Shown in pieces: positions 16,201 through 27,500 of a stretch of DNA of 64,000 nt. Every line of letters starts with the position of its first letter. The first letter of the stretch is position 1. Source of the stretch: Lytechinus pictus. Taxonomy: Eukaryota. The translations under genes were made by a program, and so were the position numbers. The notes below the pieces were generated by a model. It did not search any database. It saw only the letters and a program-made list of their open reading frames with translations, and was not told where the DNA came from. The stretch spans positions 64,046,001 through 64,110,000 of the forward strand of contig NC_087246.1 of NCBI RefSeq assembly GCF_037042905.1. Reading direction: 5' to 3'.

Positions 16201-19200
16201 TGGAAATGAATAGTGTTATTAAATTCAAGTAGTAATGAACTTTTTAACCCATTAACTATGGCCAGTCCTGCAGGTTATCATTTCTCATTTAAAAAAACAA
16301 TCATTCCAAAAGAGCATCTGGAAGTACCAAGGTCTATCCCATGGCCTGATATAAATAAAGATATGATGAGAGAGAGAGAGAAAGAGGGATAAAGACAATT
16401 TGAATAGATCAAATATAATTTCAATGGAGAGATAGTGTGAGAGAGTTTTTTTGTCTTTCCTTTCTCATTCCTTCTTCATTATCTTTTATTTTGTTCATGT
16501 ATTCATTTATTTATGAATCTATATCCATTCTTTATTTTGAATTAATCAATTTGATAATTTAGTATAAATCTAGTATCTAACTGCTTTAATAATTTTTTCA
16601 CCATTATTTATCTTTTCGGGCAATGAGGAGAACATAACTGTGATCATGAAATTTAACAATATGTATATGACGTAAGTAATACACAATAATCATTAAAAAA
16701 ACAATTGCACAAAAATACAAAGTTGACAAATTCAAATCCATTTGACCATGAAATTAAAAAAAAAATTTTGAGATTCTAATTTCTATGAATATTTACCTCA
16801 ACAGCATCAAATATTCTGATGGTTTCCGTATGAGTTAAGCAGTAGAGATATTCACTATTTGTTCCACACCAATCAATATGGCTCTGTTATGATCAAATCA
16901 TAATCAAAATCATTACAATCATTATTACAATCATCACAACAGCAAAAAAATGTAGGTTCCTAAACCAGCTAGTTATACACGTATGTAACATGTGCAGCAT
17001 TGCAATCTAGGCTAAACAGTGATGTATTAATGAAAGAATTTCCGCTGAAATCAGGCCCCCTTCCAACTTTTGACAACACTGATTCTTTGGGGCTTCATCA
17101 GAGTAAACTCAATTTTTTCTCCCTACAGAATTCTTGCTTTTGTTATTTCTTTTTCTTCCTTTACTGTAATCCTTCTTTATGCCTGCCCTTTAGGATGTCC
17201 CCTGAAAGTTGGGCAGGGGGGGGGGGGGACATGCTCCCCTGTCCCCCTAACACCACTGACTAAAATGTCTTGATAGAATAAAAATTAGAGCCCGTCTATG
17301 GCATCGACCTATCCATAAAGGTCACATTTATTGCATACAACCTACCCATGACTAATATTTGCAATTCACATTTATTAGATACAATAACTCATTGGAGGAT
17401 ACTACAAGGTTCCAGGCACTTTACACAGTCATACCAATCGATTTGAAATTCATCACAATAAACAACCTCCCGTACAGGCAGCTTTATTAGAAATCTTCCC
17501 TGATAACTGGCAAGAAGGAAGGCTACTTTGACACTCACAGTCTTGCCTATGACAAACTCCATGTCTTATGAACAATGTATGTTTCTTATACTAAAATAAT
17601 TTCAATATTTCAAATTTTAATCATTATTTCAGAGGGGTGTTTTGCTTACAATCGGTTTATTTGTACTGAAAAAAGGTAAAAGGTTGAGCTTCTATTTTTT
17701 CATTTTGAATCATAAAAAAATTATCCTAGTTTTATTTCCTGATAAATGCACATTAGTAAATTACTGTACAATGTTTCAGTAAAAATAATGTATTCTTGCA
17801 TTATTGCAAAATCCTTTGTATGAGGATAGTCAAGGCTCCACATTAACTTTTTATGGTGGTGGCCCATTCGGGCCACCAAAACCTTCAAATAATTTTTTTT
17901 GGTGGCCCGATATTAAAGTTTGGTGGCCCGAAAAATATAAAGAAAAACATTAAAAATTAATAAATGGGTATAAATGGTTTAACCACTGTAAAAAAAATGA
18001 AAGAAAATAATAAAACGGCAAAAAAAGTGAGAAAATTCCTTCCCTAAATTTGCCAAAATGTTGGAAAAATTCACATTTCATATTAATGAAATGCCTTCCC
18101 AAAGTATTTACTTTCTCAAGAGTTGTTTAAGAAGTCATTTATAAACAAGAAAGAAAGTAACTGTCTGTTTATTTTTGGCTAGAAAAGACTGGAAAAGACA
18201 CAGCTTCGAAAGAAACCAAGTAACAACATACATACAAATGCACATGTGGGACTGTAATGTACTCACTTATGTGTTTTTATGTGTATTATTTTCATTTGGA
18301 AATCGGTCTTTTTGAGTCAAAAGAGAGGTCATGATTCCTCTTTTTAATGCTTGCAAATAATCAGGATACACCAGATATTAGCAAAAAGGTCTGTAGAAGG
18401 GCATTTAATTGGTGTAAAATGTGACTTTGACTTGGATTTTCACAGTTCTGTGGAAGATTTCTTAGCAGCAACATTTCGTATTGCAGCTCCCTGAGTCTGA
18501 ATAGGCTGCTAACGCACAGCTGCTTCAAGCATGCAAAGCTCACGCCAGCCGGCCGGCGCGGCTGGCTGGATAAAAGCTACGTAATGCTATAGCGGTAGGC
18601 CAACTTTGTGTGTGTGTTTGTGTGTAGATCAACAAAAAGGGCGCATGACGAACTGGCTTGCAATTTGAACTGTAGAAAGTTGATAAATGCGTGCAAAATG
18701 GGGAGAAAAATTGCGCTATTCTGAAAATTATTGGTTGCCCGATTCGGGCCACCAAAACTTAATATTTTTTCAATAATGGTTGCCCGAGGTGAATTTCTGG
18801 TGGCCCCGGGCCACCGGGCCACCGCTAATGTCGAGCCTTGGGATAGTGAATGTTCAAATAGAATGGAATGAGAATAAAAATCTCAAGTATGGTTTTTCCA
18901 TATACACAAGGAAATTGGAATGGAATTGGATTGACTATTCATAGCTATAGTAAGACTAAAGTAACATACCACTGATGATTCAGCGTTGAGCGTCGTCACA
19001 AGGGCATCTTCCTCATTCGTTTGACTCGTATCAAACACACAGACAAGCCCATCGGTTGATCCTGTGGCTAAACTTGATGATTTGGTGGGGTGAAATTTGA
19101 CCTGAAGAAATAAAATTATTGCATTAAACCAAAATCATATTTATCTCCTATTAAAGTAACCTTGCACGACAAGCCTTTAACTTCAAATGTTTCTAGGGCA

Positions 19201-22200
19201 AGGGCAATTCATATGGTGTACATTATTTTACAGCACAAGTGGGAGATATTATAAAACCTGGCTCACACCTTTGTGTTTGGGGCTTGTGTTCAGCTGGGTA
19301 TTGCATGAACGCAACATGCAGTAAAACGAAACACAACGCAATGGAACAAGCTAATACAAGGTAAATAAGCAGACTAACAAAGAGGCCTTGCGTTCTAGCT
19401 CGTTAGTTTGACACTTTGCAAACATCCGCAAAAGAACCCAACCTAAATTCATACGAGCAAAAGACGAGTGGCAAAAATGAGCAAATGTGAGCAAGAGCGA
19501 GTGGCCAAGACACATATTAGCACCACGTTAGTGCTCGATTTACCACGAATTACCTTGTTTTAGCTCGCTTTTAATACTGTACGCAACTTTATCCGAGATC
19601 TGATGAGCTTGTAGGCAAAAGTGTGATTGCAACCAAATATTTAGCTGCATAGTATGCTGAGTCAATACACAGTTTAGAATGCAAAGGTGTAAGCCAGGCT
19701 TAAAGATCAAGTCCACCCCAGATAAATGTTGAATCAAAACAGAAAAAACAAACAAGCATAACGCTGAAAATTTCATCAAATTCAGATGTAAAATAAGAGA
19801 GTTATGACATTTTAAAGTGTTGCTTATTTTTTCACAAATCAGTTATATGCACAACTCAGTGATATGCAAATGAGAGAGTCGATGATGTCTCTCATTCACT
19901 ATTTTTTGTTTTTTATTGTTTGAATTATACAATATTTCAATTTTCACAGGTTTGACAATATAATGACCAATGTGACTGAACCATAAAACGTTGAAAATTT
20001 TATGGTAATTCCACAGTTTCAGGGAGGAAATAAAATTTGGAGAAAAATTTGAAAAGTTCAAATTTAATATAATGAACAACAAAAGAAATAGTGAGTGGAT
20101 GATGTCATCAGACGCCTCATTTGCATACAGACCGGAAAAAAACTTTTTGTGAAATTAAGCGAAACTTCAAATATCATAACCTTTTTATTCTACATCTGAT
20201 TTTGATGAAATTTTCAGTGTTATGCTTGTTGGGTTTTTCTCTCTTATTCAAGTAAACTTTTTGTTGGGATGGACTTGACCTTTAATTGACACAAAATGGT
20301 TTTAAGAGCAATAAGAAGTGCACTGACTGAGAGCAGATAACAAGGCATCCATTAATTAAGTCACTAGTAGCCTGGATTAATTCAAGTCCAGATAATCTAC
20401 TATCTACAACTAAATCTACATCAGACTTAAAATTAGTTTGCTTGTCTACCCTGCTAGATGATATATATTCCAATTTCCAGGGGGATCCCCTTGAAAACTG
20501 AATGCTCTCCTCCTCATCCCCCAATCTAAATATCAACTGATTATTTCAATTTAAATGATTCTACATGCATGCAAGATCTTAAACAATATAAAATTGGGGG
20601 GGGGGGGTCATTTTAAAATGGTGTATAACTAAGCCCCCACCCCTCCTAATCCTGAAATCGAGAAATATCAGCTGATAATTACAATGACTTTACATGTATA
20701 CAAGGTATTCAACAACATAAAGATGGGGAGGGGGGGGGGGAGTCCCTTTAAAATGGTGTAACTATGCCCCCGCCCCACACTAATCTGGAAATAAGATCAG
20801 CCAATAATTACAATTTAAATGACTTTACATGTTTACAAGGTGATCACAGACATAAAGACGCACTAGTACACAAAGGTACACAAAGCATCTAATCACCATT
20901 TAACACATGTCTATCATTAGACTTGAATGGCCAGATGCTTAACACGTTGAATGTGTGAATAATTTATTAGAATATATCATATTCATAAGATAAGATAATA
21001 GACGTGTGCTGGGAGATGGACGTCATCATCGACAGCAATGGGCTTATTTTGTGAACCATCGGAATCATCGTCACACAATAGTAACACTGAATGCATGCAT
21101 AAATCATACAGAGGAAGAATGAAGAGAATTTGTTTTTTTTTAATAACAAAAGCTGCATCAAGGATTCATGTAATAACAGACTTAGTTGAGGTAGGAAAAA
21201 ATGTATACTTAATGAATAACAAATCATCAGAGAGAAGAAGAGCAGACAAGAAAAGGGAGGATTAGAAATTAAACAGAAAATTTCTTCTATATAATATGCT
21301 ACCACAGAGCAGAATGAAAAGATGTTTTTGTTCTCCTTCCCTCTAAATTACTCTACAATTTGTAATACCTTTATCATTTCTAAGCAGGGGAAATACATGT
21401 AGATGTAAAAAAAACAGACACTGAAAAAGTTTATATCTACACAATAATACACAACAAAAATATGTTAAAAAACAAAATACTTTCAACAAATTACTCCATT
21501 ATATATGCATACATTGGTTTACCTGTTTTATGACAAAAGGATTGTTCTGCCCATATTGAATGAAAAAGAAGGTGTTTGCAATTAAAAATATGATTTTGAA
21601 ATATCATTGGATAATTATGACTCTAGTCATATTTTCATGATACCTTATACAATATCTTATTACAATCAAGCACTCAGCCTTGTAAAATACAATTTTTTAT
21701 TACCACAAATTCTAACAAATCATGTGCATAATATATTACCAAATGTTTCACATGCTTTCATCAATGCATTACTGGGCCGCACAATTGCAAACTTCAACAC
21801 CAACAAATAATTAAATTTCACACTACTTTGTTTGCTCATCTTTCAGAATCATTAGAATAAAATGAATGAAACCTTCTAATCTAGTATCCCCTCCTTGCAT
21901 GTAATCCCTCCACAGATGCATAGGATTGGCATTCATTGTCTGAACTTTATCCCATCTTAGAATTTATTATTTTCTATAAAAGTTGGAATTTAGATGAAAT
22001 AAAATGGACAATATATTCATAGGAATTAGTTCACACTTAAAAAAAAAATCAATGCCAGCTATGATCTTTCTCACTGGACATACATGGCAAAAATATACCA
22101 AAGACTTCATTCAAAGTCAGTTTATAATATACATGTACATATTATCCCTTCCCTTCATTTCACCACAAAATTATTTATTAAACTCTTCCACATGCAACTA

Positions 22201-22359
22201 ATATTATCTGTTAAAGGGTAAATAAATTGACTATCAGCACTTCATAATATTTTGGAATAATGGCTTTACATAGTCAATGTTATCACAATACTAACCTGTG
22301 TAATATCATCTGAATGTGATTCCTTGTATGTACCAAGGAGATTTGTACTTCTCCTATCC
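10178..22359 (-). CDS. WDR89: WD repeat-containing protein 89 homolog, 3' eight coding exons (5'-partial)
   Basis: Hand-spliced exons 22359-22296, 19101-18970, 16883-16797, 16142-16098, 15605-15520, 14897-14792, 11790-11635 and 10252-10178. All are GT-AG and phase-compatible. Translation: (W)DRRSTNLLGTYKESHSDDITQ|VKFHPTKSSSLATGSTDGLVCVFDTSQTNEEDALVTTLNAESSV|SHIDWCGTNSEYLYCLTHTETIRIFDAVE|...|GTHKGVVRCLHWDDQ|TETLITGGEDSVVSSW...KPYSP*. The motifs ESHSDDITQVKFHP, GSTDGLV.VFD, YCLTH.E, DYLVD and TGGED are recognisable WDR89-family signatures. Confidence 0.93.
11635..11790 (-). CDS. WDR89: WDR89 exon TETLITGGED...GSPVK
   Basis: 156 nt, tag/gtaa boundaries, TGGED motif. Confidence 0.9.
11851..12281. 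mobile_element. MITE, PIF/Harbinger-like
   Basis: TIR ggcaccgttctca...tgagaacggtgtc, with TAA on both sides (3-bp TSD). Confidence 0.75.
12370..13316 (-). mobile_element. Non-autonomous Helentron/HINE-like (DINE-1/pearl-type) element with internal tandem repeats
   Basis: Subterminal inverted repeat gtctcacctgcat/atgcaggtgagac, several ~150-190-bp tgacctttgacc-containing units, and T-run ends on the minus strand. The same family recurs at 35078-35769 and 38250-38416. Confidence 0.7.
13563..14144. mobile_element. Palindromic MITE, TTAA-flanked (Kolobok-like)
   Basis: ttaa|agggatggtccgggctgaaa...tttcagccctgaccatccct|ttaa, with inverted arms of ~190 bp. Confidence 0.85.
14792..14897 (-). CDS. 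WDR89: WDR89 exon GDLHLL...HKGVVRCLHWDDQ
   Basis: 106 nt, cag/gtcag boundaries, start of a WD40 GH-type repeat. Confidence 0.9.
15520..15605 (-). CDS. WDR89: WDR89 exon EDLCKVDYLVDC...GGTV
   Basis: 86 nt. It ends in phase 2, matching the next exon. Confidence 0.87.
16098..16142 (-). CDS. WDR89: WDR89 exon SSEITKFDSVRESLK
   Basis: 45 nt, cag/gtaag boundaries, in frame. Confidence 0.8.
16797..16883 (-). CDS. WDR89: WDR89 exon SHIDW...FDAVE
   Basis: 87 nt, cag/gtaa boundaries, phase 0-0. Confidence 0.9.
17831..18840. mobile_element. Non-autonomous hAT-like DNA transposon
   Basis: TIR caaggctc...gagccttg, subterminal ggtggcccg/gggccacc repeats, and ggatagt duplicated on both flanks (7 bp visible; hAT normally 8). 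Confidence 0.75.
18970..19101 (-). CDS. WDR89: WDR89 exon VKFHP...AESSV
   Basis: 132 nt, cag/gtatg boundaries, WD40 repeat motif GSTDGLVCVFD. Confidence 0.92.
19704..20281. mobile_element. TTAA-flanked MITE (Kolobok-like), family aggNcaagtccacccc
   Basis: ttaa|agatcaagtccacccc...gggatggacttgacct|ttaa. Other copies are at 37822-38245, 60785-61376 and 62615-63213. Confidence 0.85.
22296..22359 (-). CDS. WDR89: WDR89 internal exon (W)DRRSTNLLGTYKESHSDDITQ; most 5' exon found in the window
   Basis: cag acceptor at 22362-22360 and gttag donor at 22295-22291. It begins in phase 2, so an upstream exon is required. Confidence 0.9.
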
Positions 22360-22558
22360 CTGTAAATCAAACAAAATAGGAAGCAAAATATTTTTTCATA
22401 AACAAGGCATTATAAATGACAATTTTCTTAGGATATCAACAATTTATTTCATTGCAAATATCAAAAGATAAAAGGAAAAAAATACCCAGACTACTAATGA
22501 GTCAAATTCAGACACCCAAATTATACGATAAGCACAAAAACAAATTGAAAAGTAATTT

Positions 22559-22760
22559 TAATAATAATAATAATAATAACAATAATAATGTGACTTATAA
22601 AGCGCCAAATCCACTCTGTAGAGTGCTCAAGGCGCGTAAAGAGCTAAGAGTTAAAGTTTTTAGAAGATTTTTGAAAGTCCTGACAGAGGTACATTTTGTT
22701 ATGTCTTCAGGAAGGATATTCACAAGGTGGGTCATGCAAAAGCAAATGATCCTCCCCCCA
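22559..22760 (-). mobile_element. 3' end of an L2/CR1-clade LINE with (ATT)n tail
   Basis: Minus strand reads NILPEDITKCTSVRTFKNLLKT (ORF2 end), then the tail stem-loop gcgccttgagcac...ggatttggcgctttataa and an (att)n microsatellite. Confidence 0.7.
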
Positions 22761-23047
22761 GTTTTTAAAACTTTTGGAATAATAATAGATAATGTTGAAA
22801 ATGATACACTTCCACTCTAATCAGAAACTGAAGTCATATCAGTCTGCTTTTCAAAACAAGCTTCTGTTATAATGTACATGTATGTTTCTGTGACAGAAAG
22901 CTTTGTGACTGCTAATGTGATTCAAACTGTTTTTAAAAATTGACTGCACATAATGTAATCAATCATAAATAGTATTACAATCAATTACAAGGCTTTGTGT
23001 TATGAGGCCTTGAAATCTAAACATTTTACAGATTGATACAGCCCCTG

Positions 23048-23192
23048 GGGCCCGTTGCAGAAAGAGTTGCGTTTAAACGCAAGCCAAAAAATCAATCCCA
23101 AGTCTTAAATGCATGCTGATGATTGGTTAAAAATCAAGTTGCGAATGATTTTTAGAGTTGCGATTGATTGCAACTCTTTCTGTATCAGGCCC
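23048..23192. mobile_element. Short palindromic MITE
   Basis: ggggcccgttgcagaaagagttgc...gcaactctttctgtatcaggcccc, flanked by ctg on both sides. Confidence 0.65.
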
Positions 23193-24133
23193 CTGGTTTG
23201 CTTCCCACAAAATGCATGCAATCAGCAAAGGATTTCCTTGCTATTGTGACTTGATAATCCGGCTCCAACGGCAACCCTGGCAAGCGGAACCCAAGACATG
23301 TTATGAATAATTAGGGTTTTTGTGATCCGAGTTAGATGTGGAAGAAGTACAAATAGAATGTGAAATACTAGGAGATGTCTCCACGGAGGAGTGGGATTAG
23401 ATATTATCAACACACAGATAGAGTTTCTGAGACAATTCTGATTAATCATGATGAGGATGGTCGGGAGAAAATAAGGATAAATCACAGATGAGAGAGAGGG
23501 GGAACACATGGAAGAGGTGGTGGGGGGGGGGGTCATTACATCTCAAACCTAATTAAAATTGATCATAATGAGAATAGTAGGCAGAGAAGAGGGATAAAGC
23601 AAAGCACAAGATGGATTGAGCAAGGGAGGGATGGAGGGATGGGTGTGTGAAAGAGAGAAGAGAATTAGAAGGGGCAAGGGAAAATGTGCATGGGGTGGTA
23701 GTAGTGATGGGAAAAAATGTAAAAGCAGTGTGTGAGAGAGAGAGAGAGAGAGAGAGAAAGAAGGGGTTGCTGGGGGAAGAAAAACTCAGATATATTCATT
23801 AGAAAGACCAAATGAAATGAGGTGAATATGAAAGAAAGATAATTTAGATTTGATACACATACTTGCAGAAAAAAGATAATGGGATAAAGAACATAAATTT
23901 GAAAGCTTATGTACTGTAGAATGAAAAAAAATTTCAAAAACACATTTGAAAATTTTGTGGTATCCGCATGATCACATCATTAAATGAAGGCTGGATTCAT
24001 TTATTATAATTTTTTTTAATTAGATGTTGCCAAAGATTTTGTAGGATTTTGATGAATATATTTCCATTTCTACTATTGATCATGATGTGGAGTGAGTAAA
24101 CATGTAGGTGGGAGATAGAGAGAGGGATTTTGT

Positions 24134-24298
24134 AGTATGGGCCTATTTTCCAGAGTGTGGGTCAGAAGTGTGGGCCAAACTTTTGAAAGTGTGGGCCATT
24201 TTGCGAAGTATGGGCCAAATTCATGGGCCCATACTTCTACCCCTGAAGTGTGGGCCATTTTTGGCCATTTGGCCCAAACTCTAGGGGAAGTATGGGCC
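24134..24298 (+). repeat. Left subterminal array of AGTRTGGGCC motifs
   Basis: Forward copies at ~24134, 24154, 24167, 24188, 24207, 24247 and 24289. Inverted copies at ~24226 and ~24271. Confidence 0.9.
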
Positions 24299-24343
24299 AA
24301 AATTTCATGAGAAAGGGTCATTTACCAGTCTCGAATGCGAAAA

Positions 24344-24390
24344 TGAATAAATGAATGAAAGAATGAGTGACTGAATGAATGAATGAATGA
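24344..24390 (+). repeat. (GAAT)n microsatellite just inside the element's left end
   Basis: gaataaatgaatgaaagaatgagtgactgaatgaatgaatgaatga. Confidence 0.8.
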
Positions 24391-24533
24391 CGGTTCCTAT
24401 CTGAGAGAGCATGCGCAAACAATGTGCATGTTTTTCATTGCACGTGCTTATTTTGCATTAGCCAACTACAAGTACAGTACGGTATACGATTACGACTAAA
24501 CTAAGTTACGACCAGTTCCAAGCTCAAAAAATT

Positions 24534-24584
24534 ATGGCAGACCGAGACGACGACGACATCGAGGCTATGTTGGCTGATCCTCTT
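24534..24584 (+). CDS. YR exon 1 MADRDDDDIEAMLADPL
   Basis: ATG in attATGG context about 400 bp inside the left end, in a CpG-richer region. gtaagt donor, phase 0, matching exon 2. Confidence 0.7.
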
Positions 24585-27500
24585 GTAAGTAGATTGGAAT
24601 TGTCTTAAATTTTTGCCTATGATTTATTGAGAGTCTTTATATTAAGGGCCTTCGATCGGACTAAGTTAGTCCTGGCCCTTGGCTAAGTTTAGTCAGACCT
24701 GCGGTACCGTAGTCCAGCGGGCTGGGGCTGGGACGGGTTAACGGTAAAGACGTTGACGACTTTAACTTAAACTTAAAGTCACTCGCACCGCGGAAGGCTG
24801 AATGGGGGTCAACGTAAACGTCCTCTTTTTATTCGTTTAAAACTTAAAGTTTTCTTTGAGGCAATATTTGGATACCACTTGAAAATGATCATCTTCTAGA
24901 ATCTAGTTCTACCACTACCAGCAAAAATTGGTACTTTCTTGAAAAGTTGAATAATTCTTCACCTTTTTTTGGAAGTCAATTAAAACTGATTATCCATCAT
25001 TGATGAGACTTGGGCTGAGTTCCAAATAGGCCTAGTCAATGCTTGGGCTTCATTGCATAATCTTAGTCTTTATTGAGGTCTAAATTTCATTTTTATTACC
25101 TTGTCTGTATGGTATATCAATGCAGGTTTCATGACATTTTCATAATAATATGGTCAGTTTCCCCATGACATGTCTGCGCAGTCTCCCAAATCTGCGCACC
25201 CGCGTATCTGCGCGATTTCTAGTAAAACTTAAAAGAAGATACGCAATGAGCATGAACTTTGCAGTACACATGCAATATAGACAGGTATTCATAAAAAATT
25301 CGACTCAAAATGGTGGAAAAATAATGAATTCAGGGCATTTCATGTGACGGCCTCAAAATGCAGCGTTTGTCATCAAAATCCCTGAATCGTGTGCAAAGTG
25401 AATGAGTGCGCAGACAAGGGGTAGGCCTAGCCCTAGGCCTAATAGCCTACCATTTTTTTTCAATCTGAAAATGACTGCCCGAGGTTTTTTCAAGGAAATC
25501 TTATATTTTCTTTCATTTTTTAATGAGAATTTGGTACATTTACTCTTTATAATATAAGGAACACTATTAACCAAAAGATTTTGTGAAATAAGAAGAAATT
25601 CATGTTAAATCTTAACTCAAATTGTTACGTGCGCAGACTTGGGGCCCACCATCATACTGCTGATTGATATTTTTCTGGTAAAATTAGGGCTGAGAAACCC
25701 AAGCTAACAAGCTACATGTACATGTCTTTTGTTTTGGAAATTTATGTCATAATTTATGCATAACTCCAGGCAAGCCTAGGTCGGCTGTGTGCCTGTTAAT
25801 TTGGTTGTGTTTAATTCGATATGTGTGTTGGATACATACAGAGTATAGCGCTGTGCTTCTTTGTCGCGATTTGGGACTGACGAACCAAAGTTAATCAAGG
25901 AAATGTCTCTTTTGGCAAAATGTATGTGTATATTTGTATAACTTATATTTAAGTCATGATTTTGATACCAGATGGTAGAAAAGATGCCTTAGACTATTGA
26001 TGTTAGATGTAGTAATTAATAGGTATGTCTAATTTTATTTGTATGTCTATAAATGCAATGATTAATGCTATAATTTATTCAGTGTTTCCATTGACACAAA
26101 GTAACACTCTAGTGTTTCTTTGGCACTCGACTAGTTTGGTTAGTGCTCCTTTGGCATATGTTGTGACTCTTTGGCACTAGTCTGGTTCAGTGTTATATTG
26201 ACACAAGTGAAGCATTTATTCGGATTGAGTTCAGTTTGGTAACTCTAGTGCCAGTGAAATAGTGAATGATATATGAATATTTATGACAGAACTGTAAAAT
26301 GAATTATGATTCTTGTGCTCATATTTGATTAGATATATTGTATTTATGTTTTTCTCAATGGTCACTTGTAAGAAGTAATGTTTGGAAAGGTCAACCTACA
26401 TTTGGACCAAGCAATTTTGTGCTTTACAGCATGTTAAAATTCTTGTTGAAATAAAATGAGATGCAGTACAGGTCGTTGAGCAGACTGACAACTGTCTCAA
26501 ATGCAGCTGTGTTCTCGTCTAGCCTTTTCCAGCATTGCTTCCGTGACATTTGGAAATTATGTATGACTTTGGTGAAGTTATTGATGATTGTGTGGGTTAT
26601 ATGTTTATTTATAAAGGACCAGTTCCAGGTTCAAAAGATGAATTTTTGAGGAAGAGGCTTCAGGCCTCAGTTACTTAAAAATGCCACTAGTGTCTCATTG
26701 GGAGGCATTTTTTTTTAGTTAGGCATTCTTTTAGTTAGGAATTCTTTTATACAGTAGTTAGTTAATTCCAAGTCAGTTATTCGCTCAGTTAAGCATCTAA
26801 ATTTGAATGCATCCAATATTTTATAGGACAAGAACAGCAACTATTTTTTATATTTGAATCAAGTGATTTTGCTCCTTGTGTAAATAGGATGTAGTTTTAA
26901 GGAGTGCTTTACATGTATATAGGCTGAAACTTGTCAGTTTGGCAAACACTTTTACTTTCATTCATGCTCTCTACAATTTCTAGCTATTCACTCTAATATA
27001 AGCACTCAAGCGTAGAACCAGTTAGGGTTAGGAAGTTAGTAAATTTCATTATTAGTCAAAGCAACTGAAAGTTTGAGATTGATTAGTTCAGGCACTGAAG
27101 TACAGATTGCAAGAAATGAATTCTTAGATATGCAGGATGTCTTGATTTAAAGTACGTAAAGCCGAATAGAAAGTTCTGAAGTTGGCAATAAATAGGGATT
27201 AGTAATTTGAGGCTAATTTATTGTAGAGACTAGGGTAGTAGTCCATGGTTAGCCAGGAGAGAGTTAACATGTAGACGAGGGGTGGAGAGACCCGTTAGTA
27301 AAATTCCCGTTGAGTGGTAGCATAATGTAGGTATTGATATTTCTCACTGCTAGAAGATAGTTGATTTGAGTTGGCTCGAATTTGGACTGGAAATATTTTG
27401 TAGGTGGCTAATAGGAAGCCTATGTAGAATTGAATGGAGACCAGGAAGGCCCAGTATAGAACTACTGTTTAGGTTTAGTTGGAAAGACAAGATAAATTTG

